A stretch of 32,000 bases of DNA, from NCBI GenBank assembly GCA_029259355.1, contig JAPDIZ010000007.1, positions 46,565-78,564 of the forward strand, read 5' to 3'. Positions 14,160 through 20,822 of this stretch are shown piece after piece (within the stretch, counting starts at the first letter, position 1; every line of letters starts with the position of its first letter). The stretch is from Candidatus Bathyarchaeota archaeon. GTDB taxonomy: Archaea > Thermoproteota > Bathyarchaeia > JAPDIZ01. The position numbers and the translations under genes were made by a program. The notes beneath the pieces are model-generated. The model was not told the DNA's origin and did no database searches. It saw nothing but the letters and a program-made list of their open reading frames with translations.

Positions 14160-15341
14160 CTACCGCCTCGGGCTTGAGGTAACTATCTCTATTGCCTTAT
14201 CCCACAAAGCCCTCTTCTTTCGCTGGTGGTCTTCGAGGAACTTCGTTAGATACTCAACGCCCATTGCCTTGCACTCTCCGCAAAGCATCTCTCCAGATAT
14301 GCACTTGGAGTATATCTCCCTAAGCTTGTCGTCGTCTTCAACCAAGTGGTAGACGTAGTACTCATACACTACGCACTTCTCAGGCTCTCCACCAAGCTCT
14401 TTCTGAAGCTTTGCGGTCTCCCTTCCCCCAGTAAACGCGTCCATAAACTTCGCAGCTGCTTCATCGGGTGTGTCGTTGGTGGTGAGCATCCCCCAAGGCT
14501 CTCGCTTAGACATCTTCTTCGAGCCCGTAAGCGACCGAATTATCTTGTGGTAGGTAGCGCTTGGAGGGATGAAGCCGTAGTCTTTGGAGAACTTTCTAGC
14601 AAGGTCTCTGGTGAGCCTGATGTGGGGGTCTTGGTCAGCTCCTACCGGTACTACCACGGGCTTTGGCCCGTCAAAGTCTTCGAGCTGGGGGAGCAAAATG
14701 TCTCCTGCTTGGACGAGAGCTGACATGTAGAGCCCTATGGGTCTCTCTCCATAGATCGCCTCTAAGGTTGCCTTGGTAACTCCTCTCGAGAAGATGAACG
14801 CGAGGTTCATAACGCGCTGCTCCCTCGACTGCCTGTAGATGTATGCTCGCTTGGGGTCTAGGCCAAGCGCCAGCATATCGGCTACGTTATCTATGGCGAT
14901 CTTCTCGCTTTCGTGTAGAGGGATGCCGTTGTCTGCGTAGGCCTCTAGGTCTGCTATGCAGACGAAGGCTTCTCCGCCCAGCTTCTGAAGAAACACTATC
15001 TCGTCAGCAGTCATCTTATTACCGAAGTGGTATACGTTCGAAGGCTTCAAACCGCTCATAACGGCGTATGGCTCTTTTTTCTCGATCGCCTCCACTATCC
15101 TCTGGAAGTCTCTGTGTCCAAAGATTATCTTCCTCCTAAAGTAGCGGTGTTTTTCTGGAAGTCTATTAACAAGCTCGTCGATCGGCTCTATGCCAAACTC
15201 TTTGAAGAGCCTCGAATAGTCCGCTATGTCCGTAGTTCCCCAAGGATCGAGCTTAACGCTATCTCTTGCGATACGGTAAACCCCCGTGGCTGTGTGGACT
15301 AGATTATTAACGTGGGGTTGTCCTCTTAAATTTTGAATCAC
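14160..15341 (-). CDS. trpS: Tryptophanyl-tRNA synthetase
   Basis: The N-terminus (LDPWG..DYSRLFKEFG...FRRKIIFGHRDF) matches the archaeal/eukaryal TrpRS layout. The HIGH region reads YHFGN (compare TIGN in bacterial TrpRS), and KMSK is present. GTG start is the only in-frame start upstream of the conserved region. Confidence 0.8.
   Translation of the reverse strand: MIQNLRGQPHVNNLVHTATGVYRIARDSVKLDPWGTTDIADYSRLFKEFGIEPIDELVNRLPEKHRYFRRKIIFGHRDFQRIVEAIEKKEPYAVMSGLKPSNVYHFGNKMTADEIVFLQKLGGEAFVCIADLEAYADNGIPLHESEKIAIDNVADMLALGLDPKRAYIYRQSREQRVMNLAFIFSRGVTKATLEAIYGERPIGLYMSALVQAGDILLPQLEDFDGPKPVVVPVGADQDPHIRLTRDLARKFSKDYGFIPPSATYHKIIRSLTGSKKMSKREPWGMLTTNDTPDEAAAKFMDAFTGGRETAKLQKELGGEPEKCVVYEYYVYHLVEDDDKLREIYSKCISGEMLCGECKAMGVEYLTKFLEDHQRKKRALWDKAIEIVTSSPRR
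15326..15334 (+). promoter_or_regulatory. TATA box for map, lying inside the first codons of trpS
   Basis: TTAAATTTT is centred about 31 nt upstream of the map GTG at 15361. Confidence 0.4.
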
Positions 15342-15360
15342 GTGCTCAAGCAGTGCCAGC

Positions 15361-16272
15361 GTGGTGAAGCAGTTGGACGAGGAGGCTTTGAATAGCTACA
15401 GAGAAGCGGGGAGGATTGCTTCCGAGGTTAGGCGCTTGGTGCCCTCGCTTGTGAAAGAGGGTATGCGCATAATCGACATTTGCGAAGCAGTAGAAGAAGC
15501 GATTAGGCAGAGGGGTGCAGAGCCTGCTTTTCCATGCAACGTAGGCGTAAACGAGGTTGCTGCCCACTACACCTCCCCAATAGGCGATCTAAGCACTGTG
15601 CCCGAAGGTTCTTTGGTTAAGGTTGACTTGGGCGTACACGTGCAGGGGTACATAGCGGATACTGCGGTGACCATATGCTTCGACAACGCTCTCAGCGACA
15701 TGGTGATGGCTGTGGAAGAGGCTCTTGACGCAGCTATCTCCGCAATCGAGCCTGGGAAGCGTGTCTCCGAGATTGGAGCGGTGATCGAGCAGGTGATAGA
15801 GGGATACGGGTACAAGCCCATATGGAATCTGACAGGTCACCAGCTCGGGAGGTACGTGATACACGCTGGGGTCTCTGTGCCCAATGTGTCGAGGCTGAAC
15901 CATGGGCGGTTTGAGAAGGGAAAAGCCTACGCAATCGAGCCCTTCGCCACAACCTTGGATGGAGCTGGAGAAGTTATGAACTCTCCCAACACCTACATCT
16001 ACAGGTTTAGCAGGAGGAAGAAAGTTAGGTCTTCGGAAGCAGCTAGCATGCTCGCGGAGATAGAGTCTCGGTACAAAACCCTTCCCTTCACCCCCCGCTG
16101 GCTAGTCGATCGCTTTGGAGAGGAAAAGGTGAAGACGGCTTTCCGCCAGCTCATAGGAGCGAAGTGCGTTACTGGCTACCCAGTGCTGGTCGAGAGAAGA
16201 GGGAGAAAAGTCGCTCAAGCGGAGCACACCGTGATCGTGGAGAGAGGAGGGTGCTACGTCACCACCGCTTGA
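15361..16272 (+). CDS. map: Methionine aminopeptidase, type 2 (archaeal)
   Basis: Pita-bread motifs AFPCNVGVNEVAAHYTP, VKVDLGVHVQGYIAD and HQLGRY..H. 303 aa. Confidence 0.9.
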   Translation: MVKQLDEEALNSYREAGRIASEVRRLVPSLVKEGMRIIDICEAVEEAIRQRGAEPAFPCNVGVNEVAAHYTSPIGDLSTVPEGSLVKVDLGVHVQGYIADTAVTICFDNALSDMVMAVEEALDAAISAIEPGKRVSEIGAVIEQVIEGYGYKPIWNLTGHQLGRYVIHAGVSVPNVSRLNHGRFEKGKAYAIEPFATTLDGAGEVMNSPNTYIYRFSRRKKVRSSEAASMLAEIESRYKTLPFTPRWLVDRFGEEKVKTAFRQLIGAKCVTGYPVLVERRGRKVAQAEHTVIVERGGCYVTTA

Positions 16273-16693
16273 TGAGCTTTGCCTTCTCCTCCGACTCAAC
16301 GTATATTGCTGAGATCATCATGGGGCTTGAGCACTGGGGGCAAACGCCCTCTTCCTTAAACACGTAATCCCCCTTCCTAAACCTCCTCACGTTCTTGAAT
16401 CCACACTGCTGGTTGGTGCATTCCACGACCGTTGTCGCGGGCTTGTAAGCTAGCTTCTGCCAAATCGACGGCTGCCTCCTCATCACCAGCAAGCCGTAGG
16501 AGGCTAGGAGCAAGCCCAAGCCACCCATTACCAACAAGTAAAGCACGGAGCGGTCGGTGATCATCGATGGATTGGCTGAGATGGCTACAAAAGCCTCTAG
16601 CAAAAACCACAGAGAGAGTATGAGAAGCGTGTAGGTCAGTATCTTGAAGAAGGGGGAGGGCCTTCTCTTCTCTAAACTGGTCATAGCGCTCAC
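16259..16693 (-). CDS. Two-TM membrane protein with C-terminal zinc ribbon (hypothetical)
   Basis: Two hydrophobic helices followed by C-x5-C...C-x2-C (ECTNQQCGF...CPQCSS). It starts 3 nt after the upstream gene's stop, and its 3' end overlaps map by 14 nt (convergent). Confidence 0.6.
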   Translation of the reverse strand: MSAMTSLEKRRPSPFFKILTYTLLILSLWFLLEAFVAISANPSMITDRSVLYLLVMGGLGLLLASYGLLVMRRQPSIWQKLAYKPATTVVECTNQQCGFKNVRRFRKGDYVFKEEGVCPQCSSPMMISAIYVESEEKAKLIKRW

Positions 16694-16696
16694 GGC

Positions 16697-17827
16697 CTAT
16701 AGAATCCCTATGGTGTTTCCTATACCAGCTACCAACACCGTATCGCCTTCTTTGGTGTTTTCCACAATCAAGCGCTTAATCTTGTCTATCACTGCGTTGA
16801 CGGAGTCATAAAGCTCCTTCTTCATAGGCGATATCGCGTCGCGGATCGACTCCTTGATGATCACTGCTTGAACAGGTATCTTGTACTTGGTGGCTACCTC
16901 CTCAATCTTGTATTTTTCAGTTCCAACTCCGCCTATGGCCGCCCCTACTCCCTCAATCACTTCTCCAAGCTTCTCTCCCTCTAGCTTGAGGCCAGCATCC
17001 ACCATAATTATCAAGGCGATCCTGCCAGCGTTTTCCTCGATCAACGCTTTCACAGCATCACCAGGCTTTCCTACGTTTCCTCCAGGACCCTCCGCCTTGG
17101 TAACCAACACCGTCCTACCCTCTATGTTGACTTCTCCAACAACCATGTCTTTCTCGACGGGCCTTCGCTTAGCTCCAAGCATAAGCTTGCTGGCAACGAG
17201 CGCTCCTATTCCATCGCCTATTGGCTGGCCGAGCGAGAAAGCTTGTAGAGCTCCTACGTACGCCTCCGCTGTCTGCATAATCAGCGGGAGAATCATCTGG
17301 AGCTGCATAACCAAGTAGAAGCTCATAGTCTTCTTGCCGAATAGGTAGTAGTGCCTAACGATTCTGTAGATGGTGTTTAGATCCAGCGCAACTTCTAGGA
17401 GGTTCTCCAAGTTGTTGAGCTGTGCTTCAGAGGCTTTTGGAGCCATTCTTCGGACATGGTCCTTAAACTTCGACTCCCTTACGTCGAGGAGGTGGTCTAG
17501 CTTCCACACGATCCCAGCTGGGTCTAAGCTAGTGGGCTCGATGAAGAAGTACTCCAAGAACTGATCCACTTGGGGGCTGGGGTCCTCCTCTAACCCACCT
17601 ACTTCCTTAACCGACTCGATGGCCACTCGCCTAGCCTCATCTCTCATTATCTTGAGCTTGTTCAAAGCCTTCTCGATGTCTCTGAGCCAGATAAACATCT
17701 GTATCTTGTTGTAGAACATGAAGAAGAGGATGAAGGGAACTATTCCCAAGAGGTACATGAGCATCTGCTGCCCTACGTCGCCCGTCTGTCCCCATAGCTG
17801 ACCAAGCAAGAAGGCATCGAGCTTCAT
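16697..17827 (-). CDS. Conserved archaeal membrane protein (DUF1512-like from memory, unverified)
   Basis: ATG at 17827 (MKLDAF...) is preferred over the GTG at 17845. N-terminal TM helix, coiled-coil-like segment, central hydrophobic hairpin, and a Gly-rich soluble C-terminal domain. Confidence 0.7.
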   Translation of the reverse strand: MKLDAFLLGQLWGQTGDVGQQMLMYLLGIVPFILFFMFYNKIQMFIWLRDIEKALNKLKIMRDEARRVAIESVKEVGGLEEDPSPQVDQFLEYFFIEPTSLDPAGIVWKLDHLLDVRESKFKDHVRRMAPKASEAQLNNLENLLEVALDLNTIYRIVRHYYLFGKKTMSFYLVMQLQMILPLIMQTAEAYVGALQAFSLGQPIGDGIGALVASKLMLGAKRRPVEKDMVVGEVNIEGRTVLVTKAEGPGGNVGKPGDAVKALIEENAGRIALIIMVDAGLKLEGEKLGEVIEGVGAAIGGVGTEKYKIEEVATKYKIPVQAVIIKESIRDAISPMKKELYDSVNAVIDKIKRLIVENTKEGDTVLVAGIGNTIGIL

Positions 17828-17883
17828 GACTAACGCCAAGCACACAAAGACGCGAATGAAGTAAATATGCTTTAAGCTACTCG

Positions 17884-17887
17884 AAAA
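17884..17887 (-). terminator. T4 tract after 5S rRNA
   Basis: The minus strand reads ...GCATTAACCCTCATTTTCG after the 5S 3' end. Confidence 0.35.
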
Positions 17888-17897
17888 TGAGGGTTAA

Positions 17898-18029
17898 TGC
17901 GGGCCCGCGGACATACCGGCTTCGCGAGGGCTCTCGCACCTCACTAACACCGGTACGAGGGGTGGCTTAGCTTCCGTGTTCGGAACGGGAACGGGCGTTT
18001 CCCACCCCTCTGTGGCCCGCAGACCCGCA
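17898..18029 (-). rRNA. 5S ribosomal RNA
   Basis: The minus strand contains CCGAACACGGAAGCTAAGCC (loop B/helix III signature). A long terminal helix pairs TGCGGGTCTGCGGGC with GTCCGCGGGCCCGCA. No 16S/23S gene lies in this window. Confidence 0.9.
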
Positions 18030-18050
18030 TCATCAAACGCTGTGAAGGCC

Positions 18051-18060
18051 TTTTGTTAAA
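18051..18060 (-). promoter_or_regulatory. TATA box for 5S rRNA (TTTAACAAAA on minus strand)
   Basis: It is centred about 26 nt upstream of the 5S 5' end at 18029. Confidence 0.5.
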
Positions 18061-18072
18061 CCTTTCGCCCCA

Positions 18073-18321
18073 CTAAGGCCCGGAGGCGAGGAAATCGACC
18101 ACTGTGGGTGCCAGCACCATTCGGGCAAAGATGAAGATAAGCGAGACCAGCAAAAGATCTCTGCCAACCCTAGGCTCTATCCCAGACAACAGCAGTATAC
18201 CACCTAGGATCATGCAGAAACCGCTTAGGGCTTGCAAAACCTCGCAGATCTTTTCGAAGAACACGATGGCGAGGTCTGTGGAAAAAGCTGACACCCATCG
18301 TCGAGTAACGAAGTACGCCAT
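18073..18321 (-). CDS. Small two-helix membrane protein (hypothetical), possible paralog of 4059..4403
   Basis: The ATG at 18321 is used because the longer ORF (to 18378) runs into the tRNA-Met 3' end. The two hydrophobic helices are joined by GIEPRVGRD, similar to GFHYRTGRN in the 4059 protein. Confidence 0.5.
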   Translation of the reverse strand: MAYFVTRRWVSAFSTDLAIVFFEKICEVLQALSGFCMILGGILLLSGIEPRVGRDLLLVSLIFIFARMVLAPTVVDFLASGP

Positions 18322-18361
18322 ATAAGCACCAAGAAGGTGGGGGGAAGGGTCATTTCGCGGG

Positions 18362-18497
18362 TGGTGCCGATCGCCCAAACGCGGATTTCCCGCGTCTGTG
18401 GGGCGGGATTCGAACCCGCGATCTCCGGATTTCTGAGGAGAGCCGGTTAGGCTTATCCCTATGAGTCCGGCGCTCTAACCAGCTGAGCTACCCCGGC
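18362..18497 (-). tRNA. tRNA-Met(CAU) (elongator Met or Ile2-type), CCA encoded, two introns (18431-18459 after position 37; approx. 18370-18399 inside the 3' acceptor strand)
   Basis: Minus strand: GCCGGGG TA GCTC AGCTGGTTA GAGC G CCGGA CTCATA [29 nt] A TCCGG AGATC GCGGG TTCGAAT CCCGC CCC [30 nt] CGGC A CCA. The acceptor GCCGGGG/CCCCGGC forms only after removal of the 30-nt insert. Confidence 0.8.
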
Positions 18498-18524
18498 TCA
18501 AGACATAATATGGCTTCCTCAGCA

Positions 18525-18531
18525 ATTTAAA
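18525..18531 (-). promoter_or_regulatory. TATA box for tRNA-Met
   Basis: ATTTAAA/TTTAAAT is centred about 31 nt upstream of the tRNA 5' end at 18497. Confidence 0.4.
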
Positions 18532-18575
18532 CCTTAAAACATAGAAGCCCTCTTCTTATCTCTACGCTGCAAGAA

Positions 18576-18651
18576 GCCCCGGTAGCTCAGCTGGCAGAGC
18601 GGCGGCCTTGTAAGCCGCTTGTCGCGGGTTCAAGTCCCGCCCGGGGCTCCA
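18576..18651 (+). tRNA. tRNA-Thr(UGU), CCA encoded, no intron
   Basis: Acceptor GCCCCGG/CCGGGGC, D arm GCTC-AGCTGGCA-GAGC, anticodon stem GCGGC/GCCGC with loop CTTGTAA, T arm GCGGG-TTCAAGT-CCCGC, discriminator U. Confidence 0.9.
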
Positions 18652-18713
18652 CAAACAGATTTCTCAACAAAAACGAGATATTTTCTCGGGATGAAGCCAA
18701 GATAGTGTTCTTT

Positions 18714-18810
18714 TGGTGGGGTCGCGGGGATTTGAACCCCAGTCTCGAGGGCTCCTGGGGATGTAGCCCTCCCAAGCCTCGAAGCCTAGGCCAAGCTAGC
18801 CGACGACCCC
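18714..18810 (-). tRNA. tRNA-Pro(UGG), CCA encoded, about 19-nt intron (18752-18770) at or near the canonical position
   Basis: Minus strand: GGGGTCG TC GGCT AGCTTGGCCTA GGCT T CGAGG CTTGGG [19 nt] C CCTCG AGAC TGGGG TTCAAAT CCCCG CGACCCC A CCA. Confidence 0.85.
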
Positions 18811-18840
18811 ACCCAATATTTTCTTTCCAAAAAAGATGGC

Positions 18841-18847
18841 TATATAT
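18841..18847. promoter_or_regulatory. Shared palindromic TATA element (TATATAT) between divergent tRNA-Pro and mobB
   Basis: It is centred 34 nt from the tRNA-Pro 5' end (18810) and 38 nt from the mobB ATG (18882). Confidence 0.45.
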
Positions 18848-18881
18848 GCGTTAGTGCTGAGAATGCACGCGGTGTTTTGGG

Positions 18882-19712
18882 ATGAAGAAACTGCCGACAC
18901 TCGCAGTCGTTGGCGAGAAAGAAGCTGGCAAGACCAGGGTTGTGGAGTTCCTCGTAAAGCATTTTTCTGAGAAGGGGTTGAGGGTTGCAACCGCAAAGCA
19001 CGTCCCCCACGAGGGTTTCTCGATAGATACCCCTGGAAAGGATTCGTGGAGGCATAGAGAAGCAGGTGCTATTGCAACGATTGTCGTCTCGCCAAGCGAG
19101 TGGGCGGTGCTGCAGCAACCCCCCTCCTCCAAGGTAGACTTTGAAGAGCTTGTAGCTGCTTTGGAGCAGGCAAACCCAGACTTGGTTGTGCTAGAGGGTT
19201 TTGGCCAAGCCTTTGGAGGAGTTTCTCAAATCCCCAAGGTTGTCGTAGCGAAGCGCGGGGAAAACCTCTCCAAACTCGTTGAAAGATACGTGAACACCAT
19301 AGCCCTTGTTTCACCAGAACCCAAGCAGAGCGTTGAGGGCGTACCCGTCTACGACTTTAGCCGCCTCGAAGAGCTAGCTCAGCGCGTGGAATCGCTGTTT
19401 CCTTGGCTAGAGGTTCTTTCATCGCTACCGGGAAGCGACTGCGGCATGTGTGGATACGGAGATTGCGCAGGCTTAGCAAAGGCTGTGGTCAGCGGCGAAG
19501 CTTCTTTGGAAGACTGTAAGGTTTTGTCAGAGAAGAGGATATGGGTCTTCGTCGAGGGAAAGGAGCTGGGGATGAACCCATTCGTTCAAGAGATCGTCAG
19601 AAAGCCTCTGCTAGCTGCTATCTCGACTCTGAGAGGCGTTGAGATCTCTGGCGACGAAGTGGTGAAGGTAGAGATCGTCAAAAGTGGGAGAGGAGCTGGT
19701 GGCAGTGAGTGA
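18882..19712 (+). CDS. mobB: MobB-like P-loop protein fused to a C-terminal 4Fe-4S domain
   Basis: N-terminal VVGEKEAGKT (Walker A) with MobB-like ATAKHVPHEGFSIDTPGKDSWRH. The C-terminal LPGSDCGMCGYGDCAGLAKAVVSGEASLEDC has C-x2-C-x4-C-x16-C spacing, as in RnfB/CODH-type Fe-S domains. Confidence 0.8.
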   Translation: MKKLPTLAVVGEKEAGKTRVVEFLVKHFSEKGLRVATAKHVPHEGFSIDTPGKDSWRHREAGAIATIVVSPSEWAVLQQPPSSKVDFEELVAALEQANPDLVVLEGFGQAFGGVSQIPKVVVAKRGENLSKLVERYVNTIALVSPEPKQSVEGVPVYDFSRLEELAQRVESLFPWLEVLSSLPGSDCGMCGYGDCAGLAKAVVSGEASLEDCKVLSEKRIWVFVEGKELGMNPFVQEIVRKPLLAAISTLRGVEISGDEVVKVEIVKSGRGAGGSE

Positions 19713-20037
19713 GAGCTGGAGCAAGCACTCCCAATCCCTCGACGCCTCTAGGGAGTATCACAGGAGGTACTTCGTAGCCGTCTCTAACGCTGTGAGAAAG
19801 GAGATACTGGAGAAGCTGGCTGAGCATCCCTCTACCGCGGAGGAGCTGTCTCAAAAGCTCGGCTTACCCATAGACACCATAAACTACCACCTGCAGATAC
19901 TTGAGTGGGGCTTCTGCGTCACCAAAGACGACCAAGGGAGGTACACCCTCACCAAAGAAGGGAGGGTAATCGACTACTTAGGCGAGCGAAGCAAAAAACC
20001 TCCTAAAGCTAATAAATGGGTTAGCGAAAACCCATAA
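19684..20037 (+). CDS. ArsR-family winged-helix transcriptional regulator
   Basis: AVSNAVRKEILEKLAEHPSTAEELSQKLGLPIDTINYHLQILEWG is an ArsR-type HTH. The start is uncertain: GTG at 19684, 19699 or 19705, all overlapping the mobB 3' end. Confidence 0.75.
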   Translation: MGEELVAVSESWSKHSQSLDASREYHRRYFVAVSNAVRKEILEKLAEHPSTAEELSQKLGLPIDTINYHLQILEWGFCVTKDDQGRYTLTKEGRVIDYLGERSKKPPKANKWVSENP

Positions 20038-20041
20038 TCGT

Positions 20042-20134
20042 GCCCTGGTGGCCTAGCCTGGTTAGGGCGCCGGCTTGGTAACGTACAAGACGAAGAGCCG
20101 GCGGTCGCGGGTTCGAAGCCCGCCCAGGGCTCCA
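20042..20134 (+). tRNA. tRNA-Thr(GGU), CCA encoded, 15-nt canonical intron (20081-20095)
   Basis: GCCCTGG TG GCCT AGCCTGGTTA GGGC G CCGGC TTGGTA [15 nt] A GCCGG CGGTC GCGGG TTCGAAG CCCGC CCAGGGC T CCA. Confidence 0.9.
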
Positions 20135-20138
20135 ATAC

Positions 20139-20822
20139 CTACGAACTTCTACCCACCAACGATCTGATCACCTTCTCTTTGTAGCAAATAGCCAAGAGAA
20201 TAGGAACTGTCGCGTCAGCCAATAAAATAGCCAAAACTACTTCAGTATGCGCTCTCCACCACCCAACCTCTTGAGGATTTACCAAGACACCGACGCCGAG
20301 CTTCTCCACGACGTAGACGGTGTTTGGTGGAACCTCTACCGAGACCTCAATAGTCGGTTCGACTATGTCCTTTGGTATCTCATAGGGGACGTAGTTGGTT
20401 TCGTCGTAGTGGCTCATCTCAATCCACTCAATGGTTATCCTCTGAGGATCTGGTTCAAAAGCCCCGACCTCCACACCGTTTACGAAGACCTTCGCCATGC
20501 TCGAGGAGTTTTCGGTCTGTAAGTAGTACCTGATGTACAGGTATACCCTCGCCTTATCCAGCGCAGCAGATCCAAGGTGCTTCAACGCGCCTACGGAGAA
20601 AACCCACGTAGCACCACTAGCTGAATCGCCACCTAACCAGAGATAGCCCTCGTCATCTACCCAGTAGTCGCCATACGCAGATTGGTATTCCCTCCCCAGT
20701 ATGAAGTAGAACACCCTAAGCGGCGTAATGGAGTCTATGTGCTCCTTAGCGAAGCATGGGATCGGCGAAGCCAAAGCACACATGATCACCATCAACAGCG
20801 CCGCAGCCGCTACCCGCCTCAT
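20139..20822 (-). CDS. Secreted, C-terminally membrane-anchored protein (hypothetical)
   Basis: Signal peptide MRRVAAAALLMVIMCALASPIPCFA, a beta-rich body, one NSS sequon, and a C-terminal TM helix plus basic tail. The ATG overlaps the stop of the upstream GT-C gene (ATGA). Confidence 0.65.
   Translation of the reverse strand: MRRVAAAALLMVIMCALASPIPCFAKEHIDSITPLRVFYFILGREYQSAYGDYWVDDEGYLWLGGDSASGATWVFSVGALKHLGSAALDKARVYLYIRYYLQTENSSSMAKVFVNGVEVGAFEPDPQRITIEWIEMSHYDETNYVPYEIPKDIVEPTIEVSVEVPPNTVYVVEKLGVGVLVNPQEVGWWRAHTEVVLAILLADATVPILLAICYKEKVIRSLVGRSS

Noticed and set aside
14160-15341. Degenerate HIGH motif (YHFGN) suggesting an inactive TrpRS paralog.
   Set aside because: Bacterial TrpRS naturally uses TIGN in this position, and KMSK is intact. 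The variant is therefore compatible with an active enzyme.
18587-19132. ORFs 18587..18775, 18796..18996, 18840..19118 and 18851..19132.
   Set aside because: They overlap tRNA-Thr, tRNA-Pro and the promoter spacer, or are antisense to mobB. They have no motifs.
20042-20200. Integrated mobile element at tRNA-Thr(GGU).
   Set aside because: I noticed no integrase, transposase or direct repeat of the tRNA 3' end in the island. Only the positional association with the tRNA remains; it is reported as a low-confidence observation.
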